From Squalus acanthias (lineage: Eukaryota): a DNA stretch of 64,000 bases. Numbering within the stretch: the stretch's first letter is position 1; the number at the start of each line of letters is the position of its first letter. The stretch covers positions 138,696,001-138,760,000 of the forward strand of contig CM059431.1 of NCBI GenBank assembly GCA_030390025.1, read 5' to 3'. A program made the position numbers and the translations under genes. Below are positions 1-11,345 of the stretch, piece after piece. The notes under the pieces were generated by a model. That model worked only from the letters and a program-made list of their open reading frames with translations. It was not told the origin of the DNA and did not search any database.

Positions 1-134
1 CCTTCCTCAGGTGCCCAGAACTGAACCCAATCCTCCAACTGTGGTCTATCCAGGGCTTTGTATCGCTAGAGCATCAGCAGCACATGTCTATATTGGAATC
101 CCCTAGATATACCTGCCCATGATAATTTAATGAT

Positions 135-480
135 TATTTTATTCATTGGACATGTGGACGCCGCCAGCTATGCCAGTTTTCATTGTTGGTGGCGAGCTGC
201 CTTCTTGAATAAAAGTGAGTGGTTTGCTAGACCATTTCAGAGTGCAGTTAAAAGTTAACCAAATTGCTGTGGTCCTGGAATCACACACAGGCCAGAATGG
301 CAGATTTTGGCTCAATTCGGGAACCAGATGCATTTTTGCGATGATGTGGTAGTTTTGCCATTACTGATTGATTATTTAATTGAATTTAAATTCCCCAGCT
401 GCTGTGGGGGGATTTAAAACCCATCTCTATGGATGACCTCAGGATTACTACTCAAATAACAGACCCACTATGCTACTGTA
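135..480 (-). mobile_element. Degenerate tRNA-headed shark SINE
   Basis: Minus strand reads GTAGCATAGTGG (A-box-like)...GGTTTTAAATCCC (B-box-like)...CTGGCCTGTGTGTGATTCCAG...CTGAAATGGTCTAGCAAACCACTCA, ending GGCGTCCACATGTCCAATGAATAAAA; resembles a common elasmobranch SINE as I recall it. Confidence 0.55.
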
Positions 481-1600
481 CCCATATGTACAATGAACCC
501 TAAGTCTCTTGGAATCTCCACTTTTTCTAGCCTTTTACCATTTAGAAAGTATTCTGATCTATCCTTATTAGGTCCTAAGTGGAAGACCTCACACTTCTTC
601 AATCCAGTTGCCATAATAAAGGCAACATGGTGGCATAGTGGTTAGCACTGTTGCCTCACAACACCAGAGACCCGGGTTCGAATCCGGCCACGGGTGACTG
701 TCTGTGTGGAGTTTGCACATTCTCCCCGTGTCTGCGTGGGTTTCTTCCGGGTGCTCCGGTTTCCTCCCACAGTCCAAAGATGTGCGGGTTAGGTTGATTT
801 GGCTATGATAAATTGACCCTTAGTGTTAGGGGGGATTAAATAAGTGGGGTTATGGGGATAGGGTGGGATATGTGTCGGTGCAGGCTCGATGGGCCGAAAT
901 GGCCTCCATCTGCACTGTGGGGACTCTGTGAATTTTGCCCATTCACAATCTATTAATATCTCTCTGTAAGTTCATGCTTCCATCTGCACTGCTTACAATG
1001 CCGCCTATCTGTGTCATCATCACACTTCGATGTGCGGCTCTCAATCCGAACTTCTAAATCGATAATGAATAGGGTGAATAGGTGAGGCCCCAACACAGAA
1101 CCCTCGGGACACCACTCGTCATATGCTGCCAACTGAAGTACCTGCCCATTATCTGTACACTCTGTATTCTGTCACTCAAAAAATGTCCTAACCAGGACAA
1201 TAATTTGCCTTCAATTCCACGAGCATCAACTTTAGCTAACAGCCTCTTTTGAGTGAATTTATCGAATGCATTTTTGCCCATGTATACTTGTTTTTAATGA
1301 TTTGTGAACTGGGACTCACAAACCTCTTTGCTCCTCAAGTTAGCAGCTTCCCATCATTTAAAAATACTCCGAACTATCTTAGTTGTTTCCAAAGTGGATG
1401 AACTTTTGTACAATGAACTCGATTTGCCATAATTTTGCCCACTCACGTCATCTGTCTCTGTCGCTTACTACTACAGTGCCTTCGAACTTAGTGCGAACTT
1501 GGAGCTGCCGCACTCTGTTGCTCCATCCACGTCATTAATAAATATGGTGAAAAGATGACGATCCAATACAGATATCTGGGGAACAGCACTTCTCACATCT
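481..1600 (-). mobile_element. CR1-family LINE RT fragments (interrupted by a V-SINE)
   Basis: ORF 1054-1281 gives NAFDKF..RLLAKV..GIEGKLLSWL..FLSDR..TSGVP, typical of CR1 RT; flanking pieces encode decayed CR1 RT C-terminal sequence. Confidence 0.75.
621..930 (+). mobile_element. V-SINE (HE1-like)
   Basis: tRNA-derived head (TGGCATAGTGG A box, GGTTCGAATCC B box), V-domain TGTGTGGAGTTTGCACATTCTCCCCGTGTCTGCGTGGGTTTC...CCGGTTTCCTCCCACAGTCCAAAGA, CR1-like tail GGGCCGAAATGGCCTC. Confidence 0.9.
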
Positions 1601-1797
1601 GACGCCGCTGCTAAACAGCGTGTCGCTTGTGGGAGGGAGAATATTCCTCAAGTGAAGCCTGTATGAGGCAGTCAGCCTGGGTGTGTGAGAAAAATGTGCT
1701 GTACAGAGTGGATCACTGGAGAAGCAAATGGAAAATATAGAGGGTGTAATGATGCACGGCAGCCGGTGAAGGTCGCTGTGTGAGCTTGAGATCCAGA

Positions 1798-1871
1798 GCG
1801 TGGATTTCTCAGTTAGTAGAGCATCAGCCTTTATAATCTGAAGGTCCAGGTTTCAGGTTCCTGGTCAGGTG
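1798..1871 (+). pseudogene. tRNA-Lys(TTT) pseudogene
   Basis: GCGTGGATTTCTCAGTTAGTAGAGCATCAGCCTTTATAATCTGAAGGTCCAGGTTTCAGGTTCCTGGTCAGGTG is collinear with vertebrate tRNA-Lys-TTT but has many stem mismatches and an altered anticodon loop. Confidence 0.75.
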
Positions 1872-1911
1872 TTCATTTATATCACGAGTCTAATCTCCAC
1901 ATTCGTGCATT

Positions 1912-2780
1912 GACATAGAACAGGAGCAGGCCATTTAGCCCCTCGAGCCTGTTCTGCCATTCATTGAGATCATGGTTGATCTGTGACCGAGTTCAAAAAA
2001 CAGCCTTTGCCTCAGAATACCGTTAGTTAACAAAAATCCATCAACTTCAGATTTAAAATTAGCAATTAACCTAGTATCAACTGCCTTTTTTGAAGAGCTT
2101 TCCAAAAGTCTACCACCCTTTGCACATAGAAGTGTTCCTCAGACCTGGACTCCCCAACCATCGGAAATAGTTTATCTCTATCTACACTATCAGTTCCCTT
2201 TAATATCTTGAAAACTTCTTTCAAATCACCAACATAACCTTAAAAATACCATGAATCCAGCCCTAGTTTCTGTAATCTCTCCTGGTAAAATAACCCTTGG
2301 AGTCTATGTATCATTCTGGTAAATTTACACTGCACTCACTCCAGATAATACATCCTTCCTAAGGTGATGTGCCCAGGACTGATCACAGTATTCCAGGTAA
2401 GGTTTAACCAGGGGTTTGTATAGCTGTAGCCTAGCTTCTACCCCTTATAATCTAGTCCCCTAGGTATAAATCCCAGCATTCCATTAGCCTTTTTGATTAT
2501 TTTCTGTACCTGTCCATGGCATTTTAATGATTTATCTACACGGACTGTAAGTTTCTTTGGACCTGCACTTTTTCTAGCTTTACACCATTTAGAAAGTACT
2601 CTGATCTATCCTTTTTAGGTCCAAAGTCGATGATCTCACTTTGCCTCCGTTAAAACCCAGTTGCCACAGTTTTGTCCAGTCACTTAATCTATTACTATCT
2701 ATTTGTAATGTTACGTTTCCATCCACATTGCTTACAATGCCGCATATCTTTGTGTCATCGGCAAACTTGGATATGTGGCT
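1912..2780 (-). mobile_element. CR1 LINE 3' portion
   Basis: ORF 2589-2849 contains ISKFADDTK; the 3' UTR and tail (CATAGAACAGGAGCAGGCCATT on the plus strand) are present. Confidence 0.8.
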
Positions 2781-2789
2781 TGTTAAGAA

Positions 2790-3590
2790 GTTGGAATTAA
2801 GTGGAATGTGGCGGTATGGATACAAAGTTAGCTCAGTGACAGGAAGCAAATTGTGGGAGTGGATGGATGTTTTTCGGACTGGGAGGTAGTTTGCCGTGGT
2901 GTTCTCCTAGGGTCATTTTGTGTCCATTACTCTTTTCATTTTTTTTATACAGAACCTAGGGAGTAGCATTATAACGTTTGCAGTTATACGACACTTGGAA
3001 AAGCAATAGATAGTGATGAGAATAGTTATAGGCTTCAGGAAGACATAGCAAGGATGGTACGATGGGAAGAAGCATGCCAGAGAAGTGCGGAGAAGTGTAA
3101 GTGATGCACTTTGGGAGGACTAAAATGGAAAGACAGTGCACAATTTTGAAATATTTAAATTATCCGAGGAACCTAGATGTACATAGAACAAATCCTTAAA
3201 GGTGGCAGGGCAAGTTGACAAGTTGGTTAAAAATATATCTGGTTTAGTTGGGTTTTAAATAGAGGAATAGAATATAAAAGAGAAGAGATAATGCTAGAAC
3301 TTTATAAATCACTGGTTAGGCCTCAGCTGGAGTATTGTTGACCATTCTGAGCACCACACTTCAGGAAAGATGTAAAGGCCTTAGAAAGGGAACAGAGGAG
3401 GTTTAGCAGGATGTTACCAGGGATGAGGGACTTCAGTTATGAGGAGTAGTTGGAAAAGTTAGGACTGTTCTCCTTTGAACAGAGAAGTTAAGAGGAGGCC
3501 TAATAGAGGTTTTCTGCATGATGTGAGGTTTGATAGAGTAGACAGAGAGAAACTATTCCCTCTGGAGAGTGGGTCAAGAACTCGAGGTAT
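2790..3590 (+). mobile_element. Degenerate CR1 LINE RT C-terminal fragment
   Basis: Decayed KCKVMHFG, YKSLVRPQLEYC, LERxQRRF motifs. Confidence 0.75.
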
Positions 3591-3594
3591 TGGC

Positions 3595-4340
3595 TACCAG
3601 TGAATCCCCAGTCAATTTGCCGCATCAAAGGCCGAGTTTTGTGCCGGATGCTAAACTTCTCCCAATAGTGTGTTAGACTCTCACCTCGGCAAAATCATCG
3701 ACTGAAGAGATTCTCAGTAAACCTCCTCACATTTCCAATCATTGTTGAAGCTTCGCGTTTCCAGTCTCCAACACTGGGGGTCTTGGTCACAACTGATCTT
3801 CTCTATGAACCTAGCGACCTTTCTCCAGTCCCAGTTAGTGTAGTGATGATTCGAATTCTCTCTCTTCACCTTCATGGGATACTGCTTTATCAAAGAAATT
3901 TTTAAGATAAACATGATTTATCTTAATTACAGAATATGTTACAGGAAAGCAATGTAACTATTTTTGTGAATATTAATATATTTATTTTTAAAATATTTAC
4001 AATTTGTTTGAATACTTACTTTAATATAAAATTAATATTTTATTTCCTTGCCCCTATTTATAGGGACTGTACTCACTCACAGTATGTGCTGCCAACTCCA
4101 GCTCCGCCCACAGTAACTCAACACTGATGGGGCGTAACCAGGGTCGGAAACCTGTCTCCAGGTGAAATTACAATGGAGGCAGGAGCCAATCACACAGCAG
4201 CCAGTAACAATGTCACAAAGCAGCCGGAGCACCGCCCAGTCGAGGTGTCACAGGATCACATGACCATGCTCTGCTCCTGGTGCGCAGTCTCACTGGGGAT
4301 GAACACATGTTGTACATTCAGTCCTGTCTCCGACTCCGTT
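3595..4340. repeat. Local ~750-bp repeat cassette, copy 1 of 3 (others 8190-8845 and 9735-10218)
   Basis: Blocks CAATTTGCCGCATCAAAGGCCGAGTTTT (copies 1 and 2), AACAATGTCACAAAGCAGCCGGAG (all three) and CACTGGGGATGAACACATG (copies 1 and 3) recur. Confidence 0.9.
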
Positions 4341-4737
4341 CAGAGCATCAGTGAATAAATCACTGGTAAAGCATCAGCTGAAGTATTGTTGACAATTCTG
4401 AGCACCACCCTTCAGGAAAGATGTAAAGGCCTTAGAAAGGGAACTCAGGAATTTTAACGGGGTGTTACCAGGAATGAGGGACTTCAGTTATGAGGAGAGG
4501 TTGCAAAAGTTAGGACTGTTCTCCTTGGAGCAGGTTACCTGGTTAACTGGTTACCTAATCGAGGTTTACAAGATGATGTGAGGTTTGATAGAGTAAACCA
4601 TTCCATTTGTCGAAATGGTTCAAGATCTAGAGATGTTACATAGATACATAGATACATAGAAGATAGGAGCAGGAGTAGGCCATCCGGCCCTTCGAGCCTG
4701 CTCCGCCATTTAATGAGATCATGGCTGATCCTTCAAT

Positions 4738-7488
4738 TCAGTATCCCGTCCCCGCCTTCTCTCCGTAACCCTTAACCCCTTTTGCCTGTAGAAATATATC
4801 TAATTCCCTCTTAAATATATTTAATGAGCTGGCGTACACTGCCCTCTGTGGCAATGAGTTCCACAGGTTCACCACCCTCTGAGTGAAGAAATTCCCCCTC
4901 ATTTCTGTCCTAAATGGTTTAGCCCTTATCCTTAAATTATGTCCTCTAGTTCTGTTCTCACCCGCCAAGGGAAACATTCCTTCTGCATCTAATCTGTCTA
5001 GACCTGTCAGAATTTTATACACTTCTATGAGGTCCCCTCTCAATCTTCTAAACTCCAGTGTGTACATCCCTAAACCACATAGTCTCTCCTCATAGGTCAA
5101 TCCCGCCATTCCTGGTATCAGCCTGGTGAATCGCCGCTGCACCCCCTCCATGGCAAGAACATCTTTCCTCAGATGAGGCGACCAAAACTGTACACAGTAC
5201 TCGAGGTGTGGTCTCACCAGTGCCCTGTACAGCTGCAGCAAGGTATCCCTGTTCCTGTATTCCAACCCTTTTGCTATGAAGGCCAGCATACCGTTTGCCT
5301 TCTTGACCGCCTGTTGCACCTGCATGCTCGCCTTCAGTGACTGGTGTACAAGAACACCCAGGTCTCTCTGTACTTCCCCCTCTCCCAATTTATTGCCATT
5401 TAAATAATAATTTGCCCTCCCGTTCCTGCACCCAAGGTGGATAACTTCGCACTTGTCCACATTATAGTGCATCTGCCATTTATCCGCCCAATCACCCAGT
5501 CTGTCCAAATCGCTCTGGAGCTTCCTGGTCTCCTCCTCTGAGCCCACCCCCCCTCCTAGTTTAGTGTCGTCTGCAAATTTGGAAATGCTGCATTCGACTC
5601 CCTGATCCAGGTCATTAATATAAATTGTGAACAGCTGGGGACCCAGGACAGATCCCTGTGGTACCCCACTTGTTACTGCCTGCCATTCAGAAAATGAGCC
5701 GTTTATTCCAACTCTCTGTTTTCTATCTGACAGCCAGTTCTCTATCCACGTCAATACTTTCCCCTTTATCCCATGAGCTTCAATTTTCCATGCTAATCTT
5801 TTATGTGGGACCTTATCGAAGGCCTTTTGGAAGTCCAGGTACACCACATCTACTGGCTCTCCCCCATCTATTTTACCCGTTACTCCCTCAAAAAATTCCA
5901 ATAGATTAGTCAAGCACGATTTACCCTTTGTAAATCCATGTTGACTCTGTCCTATCCTGTCCCCATTTGCTAAGTGCTCGGCTATTTCATCCTTAATGAT
6001 GGACTCCAGCATTTTGCCCACAACTGATGTAAGGCTTACAGGTCTGTAATTACCTGCTTTTTCCCTACCCCCCTTTTTGAATAGTGGGGTAACGTTAGCT
6101 ACCCTCCAATCCATGGGCACTGTTCCCGAGTCTAATGAATTCTGAAAAATCATGCTTAGTGCATCCGCTATCTCTAGGGCCACCTCCTTCAGTACCCTAG
6201 GATGCATGTTATCAGGCCCTGGGGATTTGTCCGCCTTCAATCCCTTTAGCTTCCTTAACACCATATCCTTAGAGATATTGATTTGCGTCAGTTCCTCCTT
6301 TGCCAATGTCCCTATTTTTCCCGATATCCCAGGGAGGTTTTTTGTGTCTTCCTTCGTAAAGACTGACCCAAAGTATGCATTTAGTTGGTCTGCCATTTCC
6401 TTATTTCCCATTATATATTCCCCCGTATCTGACTGCAATGGACCAACTTTGGTTTTCACCAGTCTTTTCCTCTTGATATACTTATAAAAGCTTTTGGAGT
6501 TAGTTTTTATATTTTCCGCCAGCTTGCTTTCGTAAGCTATTTTGCCCTTCTTGATTAAGCCCTTTGCCCTCCTTTGCTCTATCTTAAACTGTTCCCAATC
6601 TTCCGCTCTGGCGCGTTTTTTGGCTATTTTATACGCCCTATCTTTGGATTTTATGCTGTCTCTAATTTCCCCTGTTATCCACGGTTGAGTCACCTTTTTA
6701 GATTTCCTTTTATGCCAGATTGGTATAAACAATTTTTGCAATTTTGTCATTCTATCTTTAAATGCTTGCCATTGTTTATCTACCTCCAGTCCTCCCAGGA
6801 ACGTTGTCCAATCAGACCTACTCAGTTCCCGTCTAATGGCATCATAATTCCCCTTGTTTAAATTCAGGACCTGAGTCTCTGAGTCAATTTCTTCGCTCTC
6901 CATTTCGAGTGAGAAATCGATCATGTTATGATCGCTCTGACCCAAGGGTCCCCGTACAACAAGATTACTAATTAGTCCCTTCTCATTGCACAGTACCCAG
7001 TCCAATATAGCCTGTTCCCGAGTTGGTTCCTCGACATATTGATCCAGATAACCATCCCTTAAACACTCAAGGAATTCCTCCTCCTCATTATTTTTACTGA
7101 TTAGGCTAGTCCAATCTATATGTAAGTTAAAGTCACCTATGATGACAGCTGTGCTCTTATTGCACGCTTCTCTAATTTCCCTCGTGATGCCCTCCCCAAC
7201 CTCTATTTTACTATTTGGAGGCCTATATACCACTCCTATTAATGTTTTTCGCCCCTCGCTATTTCTTAGCTCCACCCATATAGATTCTGTATTAACTGAG
7301 TTAATATCCTTCCTTTCAATTGCATTTATCCCCTCTTTTACCAGCAATGCTACCCCTCCTCCCTTTCTTTTTTGTCGATCCTTCCTAAATACTGAATACC
7401 CCTGTATGTTAAGCTCCCAGCCCTGCTCACCCTGCAACCATGTTTCCGTAATCCCAATTAGATCATAATTATTAACCTCTATTTCCAC
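4738..7488 (-). CDS. CR1 LINE ORF2: apurinic endonuclease plus reverse transcriptase (frame stays open upstream to about 7700 with no ATG)
   Basis: Uninterrupted 916+ aa with ITETW, YRPP, GDFN, SDHN (endonuclease) and YLDFQKAFDKV, GVPQGSVLGP, KFADDTK (RT). Confidence 0.95.
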   Translation of the reverse strand: MEIEVNNYDLIGITETWLQGEQGWELNIQGYSVFRKDRQKRKGGGVALLVKEGINAIERKDINSVNTESIWVELRNSEGRKTLIGVVYRPPNSKIEVGEGITREIREACNKSTAVIIGDFNLHIDWTSLISKNNEEEEFLECLRDGYLDQYVEEPTREQAILDWVLCNEKGLISNLVVRGPLGQSDHNMIDFSLEMESEEIDSETQVLNLNKGNYDAIRRELSRSDWTTFLGGLEVDKQWQAFKDRMTKLQKLFIPIWHKRKSKKVTQPWITGEIRDSIKSKDRAYKIAKKRARAEDWEQFKIEQRRAKGLIKKGKIAYESKLAENIKTNSKSFYKYIKRKRLVKTKVGPLQSDTGEYIMGNKEMADQLNAYFGSVFTKEDTKNLPGISGKIGTLAKEELTQINISKDMVLRKLKGLKADKSPGPDNMHPRVLKEVALEIADALSMIFQNSLDSGTVPMDWRVANVTPLFKKGGREKAGNYRPVSLTSVVGKMLESIIKDEIAEHLANGDRIGQSQHGFTKGKSCLTNLLEFFEGVTGKIDGGEPVDVVYLDFQKAFDKVPHKRLAWKIEAHGIKGKVLTWIENWLSDRKQRVGINGSFSEWQAVTSGVPQGSVLGPQLFTIYINDLDQGVECSISKFADDTKLGGGVGSEEETRKLQSDLDRLGDWADKWQMHYNVDKCEVIHLGCRNGRANYYLNGNKLGEGEVQRDLGVLVHQSLKASMQVQQAVKKANGMLAFIAKGLEYRNRDTLLQLYRALVRPHLEYCVQFWSPHLRKDVLAMEGVQRRFTRLIPGMAGLTYEERLCGLGMYTLEFRRLRGDLIEVYKILTGLDRLDAEGMFPLAGENRTRGHNLRIRAKPFRTEMRGNFFTQRVVNLWNSLPQRAVYASSLNIFKRELDIFLQAKGVKGYGEKAGTGY

Positions 7489-7679
7489 AGCTAATTCATC
7501 TACCTTGTTCCTGATGCTTCTCGCATTAAGGTATAAAACCCTCAGGCTTTTTTTATGCTCACATTTTTTATGAATTAGTTTGGCCCTTTGTTTTTTGTTC
7601 CTCTCCTTTTTACCATTTATTTCTGTCTGCCTTTCACTTTCCTCTATTTCACTACATGGGTTTCTAGCCCCCTGCCATA

Positions 7680-8174
7680 CTAGTTTAAATGCTCCCGAAC
7701 TGCTTTATCAAAATTTACCCCGAGAACCTCAGTTCCATCTTTGCACAGGTGTAGACCGTCCCTTTTGTATAGGTCACACCTACCACAAAACTGGTCCCAA
7801 TGCCTCAAAAATTTAAAACCCTCCCTCTTACACCACTGCTCAAGCCACGTATTTAGCCTAACTATCCTGTTCTCTGTACTCTTACTAGCACGTGGCACTG
7901 GTAGTAATCCAGAGATTACTACCTTCGAGGTCCTACTTTTTAGCTTGGCTCCTAACTCCCTAAATTCTACTTGTAGGACCTCTTCCCTTTTTTTAGCTAC
8001 GTCGTTGGTACCAACATGTATCACGACAACTGGCTGTTCCCCCTCCCCCTCCAGAATGTTCTGCACCCGCGCCGAGACATCCTTGACCCTTGCACCAGGG
8101 AGGCAAATTACCATCCTGGAGTCTCGGTCGCGACCACAGAAACTCCTATCTATTCCCCTTACAATCGAATCCCC
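7680..8174 (-). CDS. CR1 LINE ORF1 C-terminal SGNH/GDSL esterase domain (5'-truncated)
   Basis: GDSIVRG, CLPGARV, HVGTND, DGLHL blocks. Confidence 0.88.
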   Translation of the reverse strand, partial: GDSIVRGIDRSFCGRDRDSRMVICLPGARVKDVSARVQNILEGEGEQPVVVIHVGTNDVAKKREEVLQVEFRELGAKLKSRTSKVVISGLLPVPRASKSTENRIVRLNTWLEQWCKREGFKFLRHWDQFCGRCDLYKRDGLHLCKDGTEVLGVNFDKAVREHLN

Positions 8175-8189
8175 ATGTTGTCTAGCTTT

Positions 8190-8845
8190 CCATACCAGTG
8201 AATTCCCAGACAATTTGCCGCATCAAAGGCCGAGTTTTATGCCAGATGCTAAACTTCTCCCAATAGCTCTTTAGACACTCACCTCGGCAAAATCATCGAT
8301 TGAAGATATTCTCAGTAAAGCTGCTCACATTTCCAATCATTGTTGAATCTACCCGTTTCCGGACTTTGAAATGGGGGTCTTGGTCCCACCAGATTCTCTC
8401 TATGAACCTAGCGACCATTTTCCAGTCCCAGTTAATATAGTGATGATTCGACTCTCTCTCTCCACCTTCCTGGGATACTGCATAATCAAACAAACGTTTA
8501 AGATAAACGTGATTCACCTTAATTAGAGAATCTGTTACTGGAAAGCAATGGGACTATTTTTTTGACTATTAATATATTTAATTTGAAAATATTTTCAATT
8601 TGTTTTGAATGATTTACTTTACTGTTAAATAGTTCTTTTGTTTACCCCTATAGGCACTAAAATCACTCACAACATCTGCTGCCAACTCCAGTTCCGCCCA
8701 CAGTGACATTCCAATGATGGTGTATAACCAGGGGCGGAAACCTGTCTCCAGGTGACATCACAAAGAAGACAGGAGCCAATCACACAGCAACCAGGAACAA
8801 TGTCACAAAGCAGCCGGAGCTGCGCCCAGCAGAGGTGTCACAGTG
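8190..8845. repeat. Local repeat cassette, copy 2
   Basis: Collinear with 3595-4250; ends where the 67-bp tandem array begins. Confidence 0.9.
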
Positions 8846-8854
8846 TCACGTGGC

Positions 8855-9720
8855 CCTCTACACTGTCCCATCACACACTCCCAGGGCAGGTGCAGCATGG
8901 GTTAGATACAGCGTAAGCTCCCTCTACACTGTCCCATCACACACTCCCAGGGCAGATATAGCACGGGTTAGATACAGAGTAAATCTCCCTCTACACTATA
9001 CCATCAAACACTCCCAGGGCAGGTACAGCACGGGTTAGCTTCAGAGTAAAGCTCCCTCTGCACTCTCCCATCAAACACTCCCAGGGCAAGTACAGCACGG
9101 GTTAGATACAGAGTAAACCTCCCTCTACACTGTCTCATCAAACACTCCCAGGGCAGGTACAGCACGGGTTAGATACAGAGTAAAGCTCCCTCTACACTGT
9201 TCCATCAAACACTCCCAGGGCAGGTACAGCGCGGGTAAGATACAGAGTAAAGCTCCCTCTACACTGTCCCATCACACACTCCCAGGGCAGGTACAGCACG
9301 GAATAGATACAGAGTAAAGCTCCCTCTAAACTGTCCCATCAAACACTCCCAGGGCAGGTACAGCACGGGTTAGATACAGAGTAAAGCTCCCCCTACACTG
9401 TCCCATCAAACACTCCCAGGGCAGGTACAGCAGGGGTTATATACAGAGTAAAGCTTCCTGTACACTGTCCCATCAAACACTCCCAGGGCAGGTCCAGCAC
9501 GGGTTAGATAAAGAGTATAGCTTCCGTTCTACTGTTCCGTCAAGTACTACCAGGACAGGTACGGCAAGAGTTAAATACAGTGCAAATGCCGCTGAATTTT
9601 GATTCATCAAGCAGAGTCAACTCAGCATGTGCTCAATGCAGCGTAAAGCTCCTCTGACACTGTCCAATGAAACTCATCAACTCAGGTACAGCATGGTACG
9701 GTTACAGGATAAAATTCCGT
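8855..9720. repeat. 67-bp tandem repeat, about 10 good units decaying after ~9520
   Basis: Unit CTCCCTCTACACTGTCCCATCAAACACTCCCAGGGCAGGTACAGCACGGGTTAGATACAGAGTAAAG; unit starts at 9186 and 9253. Confidence 0.95.
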
Positions 9721-9734
9721 GTTCACTGCATAGA

Positions 9735-10218
9735 TTCGACTTTTCTCTCTCCACCTTCCTGAGATGCGGTTGACTCCAGTAATCTATCAATATAAAAATG
9801 ATTCATATTAATTCCATAAACTGTATTCGGAATACAATGGGACTATTTTTGTGACTATTTTATATTTAATTGGAATATATTTACAATCAATTACATTTGA
9901 TTTCATTACTTATTTAATATTACATTGCTATTTTCTTTCCTCTACCTTATTTATAGGAGCTTTACTCACTCACAATATCTGCTGCCAACTCCATCTCCGC
10001 CCACAGTAACACACCACTTTTGGAACTTAACCAGGGGAGGAAACTTTTCTCCAGCTGACATCCCAAAGGAGCCAGCTGCCAATCATACAGAAAATAGTAA
10101 CAATGTCACAAAGCAGCCGGAGGTCCGCCCAGTCGCAGTGTCACAGGATCACATGACCATGCACTCCTGGTGCGCAGTCGCACTGGGGATGAACACATGC
10201 TGTACATTCAATCCTGTC
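9735..10218. repeat. Local repeat cassette, copy 3 (partial)
   Basis: Collinear with 3850-4329. Confidence 0.85.
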
Positions 10219-10971
10219 TTGGCCCGTATTTTCCGATCGGAGGTTTCCTGCGTGCAGATGCCTCCGATCTGGAAAAAATCTACGCCCTTACCTAAGGGCT
10301 TCAGAGGTCTGGACATTTCCGCTCCTGGGCCTCTCCTGGTGCGCGCGCAGATGCTCAGGTATCCCAGGCGGTTCGCAAGCGTCCCTGAGATCACGTGGGC
10401 CATAGGAAATAAATGGAAGAAGGGAATCTCACCTTCACACTTTTGACAGGTCTCTCCGCTTAGACCTTTCAAAAGTATGAATGGAGATCACTCAAAAAAC
10501 ATACTAAAACATTAAATAATTTTTTTTAAATCATCACGTTTTTAAAATTAGTTAAAATTACATTACATTATTTTAAGCAAATATTAAATTTTTTGAAAAA
10601 AAAAAATTAAAGTTTTTTACTGGGCTAAAAATAAACTTATCTTTTTTAAAAGTATTTTTTAAATATAAATGAGTGAAAAAAAAATTATTTTCCTTTTTTA
10701 AACTCTTATGCTGGTAAAAGCAGACCTTATGCCTGCTTTTAACAGGCATGAGTTTTTATTTAAGATTTTCAGCGGGCGGAGGTTCTGCAGAAAGCGGAAA
10801 TCTCCAGCCGCAGAGGCCCTTCTCCAGGGCAGGCGGAGGATCTGTCAAGAGAATTCTTGACAGATCGGAAGTGCCGGTTTGCTTCGCATGTCTGAAACCG
10901 GCACTTGCGAGTCCCCTACGGGTGCGTACACAGCGCGTACACACCTGTATGGGTCGGAAAATACGGGTCAA
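10219..10971. mobile_element. MITE-like non-autonomous DNA transposon
   Basis: 18-bp terminal inverted repeats TTGGCCCGTATTTTCCGA / TCGGAAAATACGGGTCAA (1 mismatch), TGTC on both flanks, AT-rich core, no transposase. Confidence 0.75.
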
Positions 10972-11271
10972 TGTCAGAGAATATTTGTCGCTGAGAAATA
11001 ACCGGTCCTGTTAAGCTTAAGAGAAGTTGCAACACATTCCTGCGGTCAGAAGTAATTAACATTTTAAACCAAACTCCTATGTGTAAAATGAGATGTGGGT
11101 AACAGTTCATCAAAGAAAAAATATTGAAATATCGAGTCTTAGTCAGTCAGCATTTCTTTCATCTTGCGAAAGAAGGTCATCAGTTAATTAATGGTGATTA
11201 AAACAATTATTTTCTGACATTAGATGCACGTAAGTAATTTAATTAAGAGATGTGTTATCTCTTGTTAATTC

Positions 11272-11345
11272 TAACCAGACAGCGAATCGAACTTTTTTCC
11301 ACCATGAATGACAGCGCCGAACCAAAACCACTAGACCACCGGGGA
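11272..11345 (-). pseudogene. tRNA-Glu-derived pseudogene
   Basis: Minus strand TCCCCGGTGGTCTAGTGGTTTTGGTTCGGCGCTGTCA...GTTCGATTC matches the tRNA-Glu-CTC 5' half; anticodon mutated to GTC and 3' half degenerate. Confidence 0.7.

Larger units (their letters stand above)
4638..8174 (-). mobile_element. Young 5'-truncated CR1/HER1-like LINE with intact ORF2 and 5-bp target-site duplication ATGTT
   Basis: ATGTT at 4633-4637 and 8175-8179; (TATGTATC)n 3' tail; truncated in ORF1 at the GDSIV motif. Confidence 0.93.

Noticed and set aside
8855..9720. Regular repeat array resembling CRISPR
   Set aside because: Head-to-tail 67-bp units with no unique spacers, no cas genes, vertebrate context
9925..10472. 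173-aa and 107-aa ORFs
   Set aside because: They span the junction between the repeat cassette and the MITE-like element, so they are probably chance ORFs
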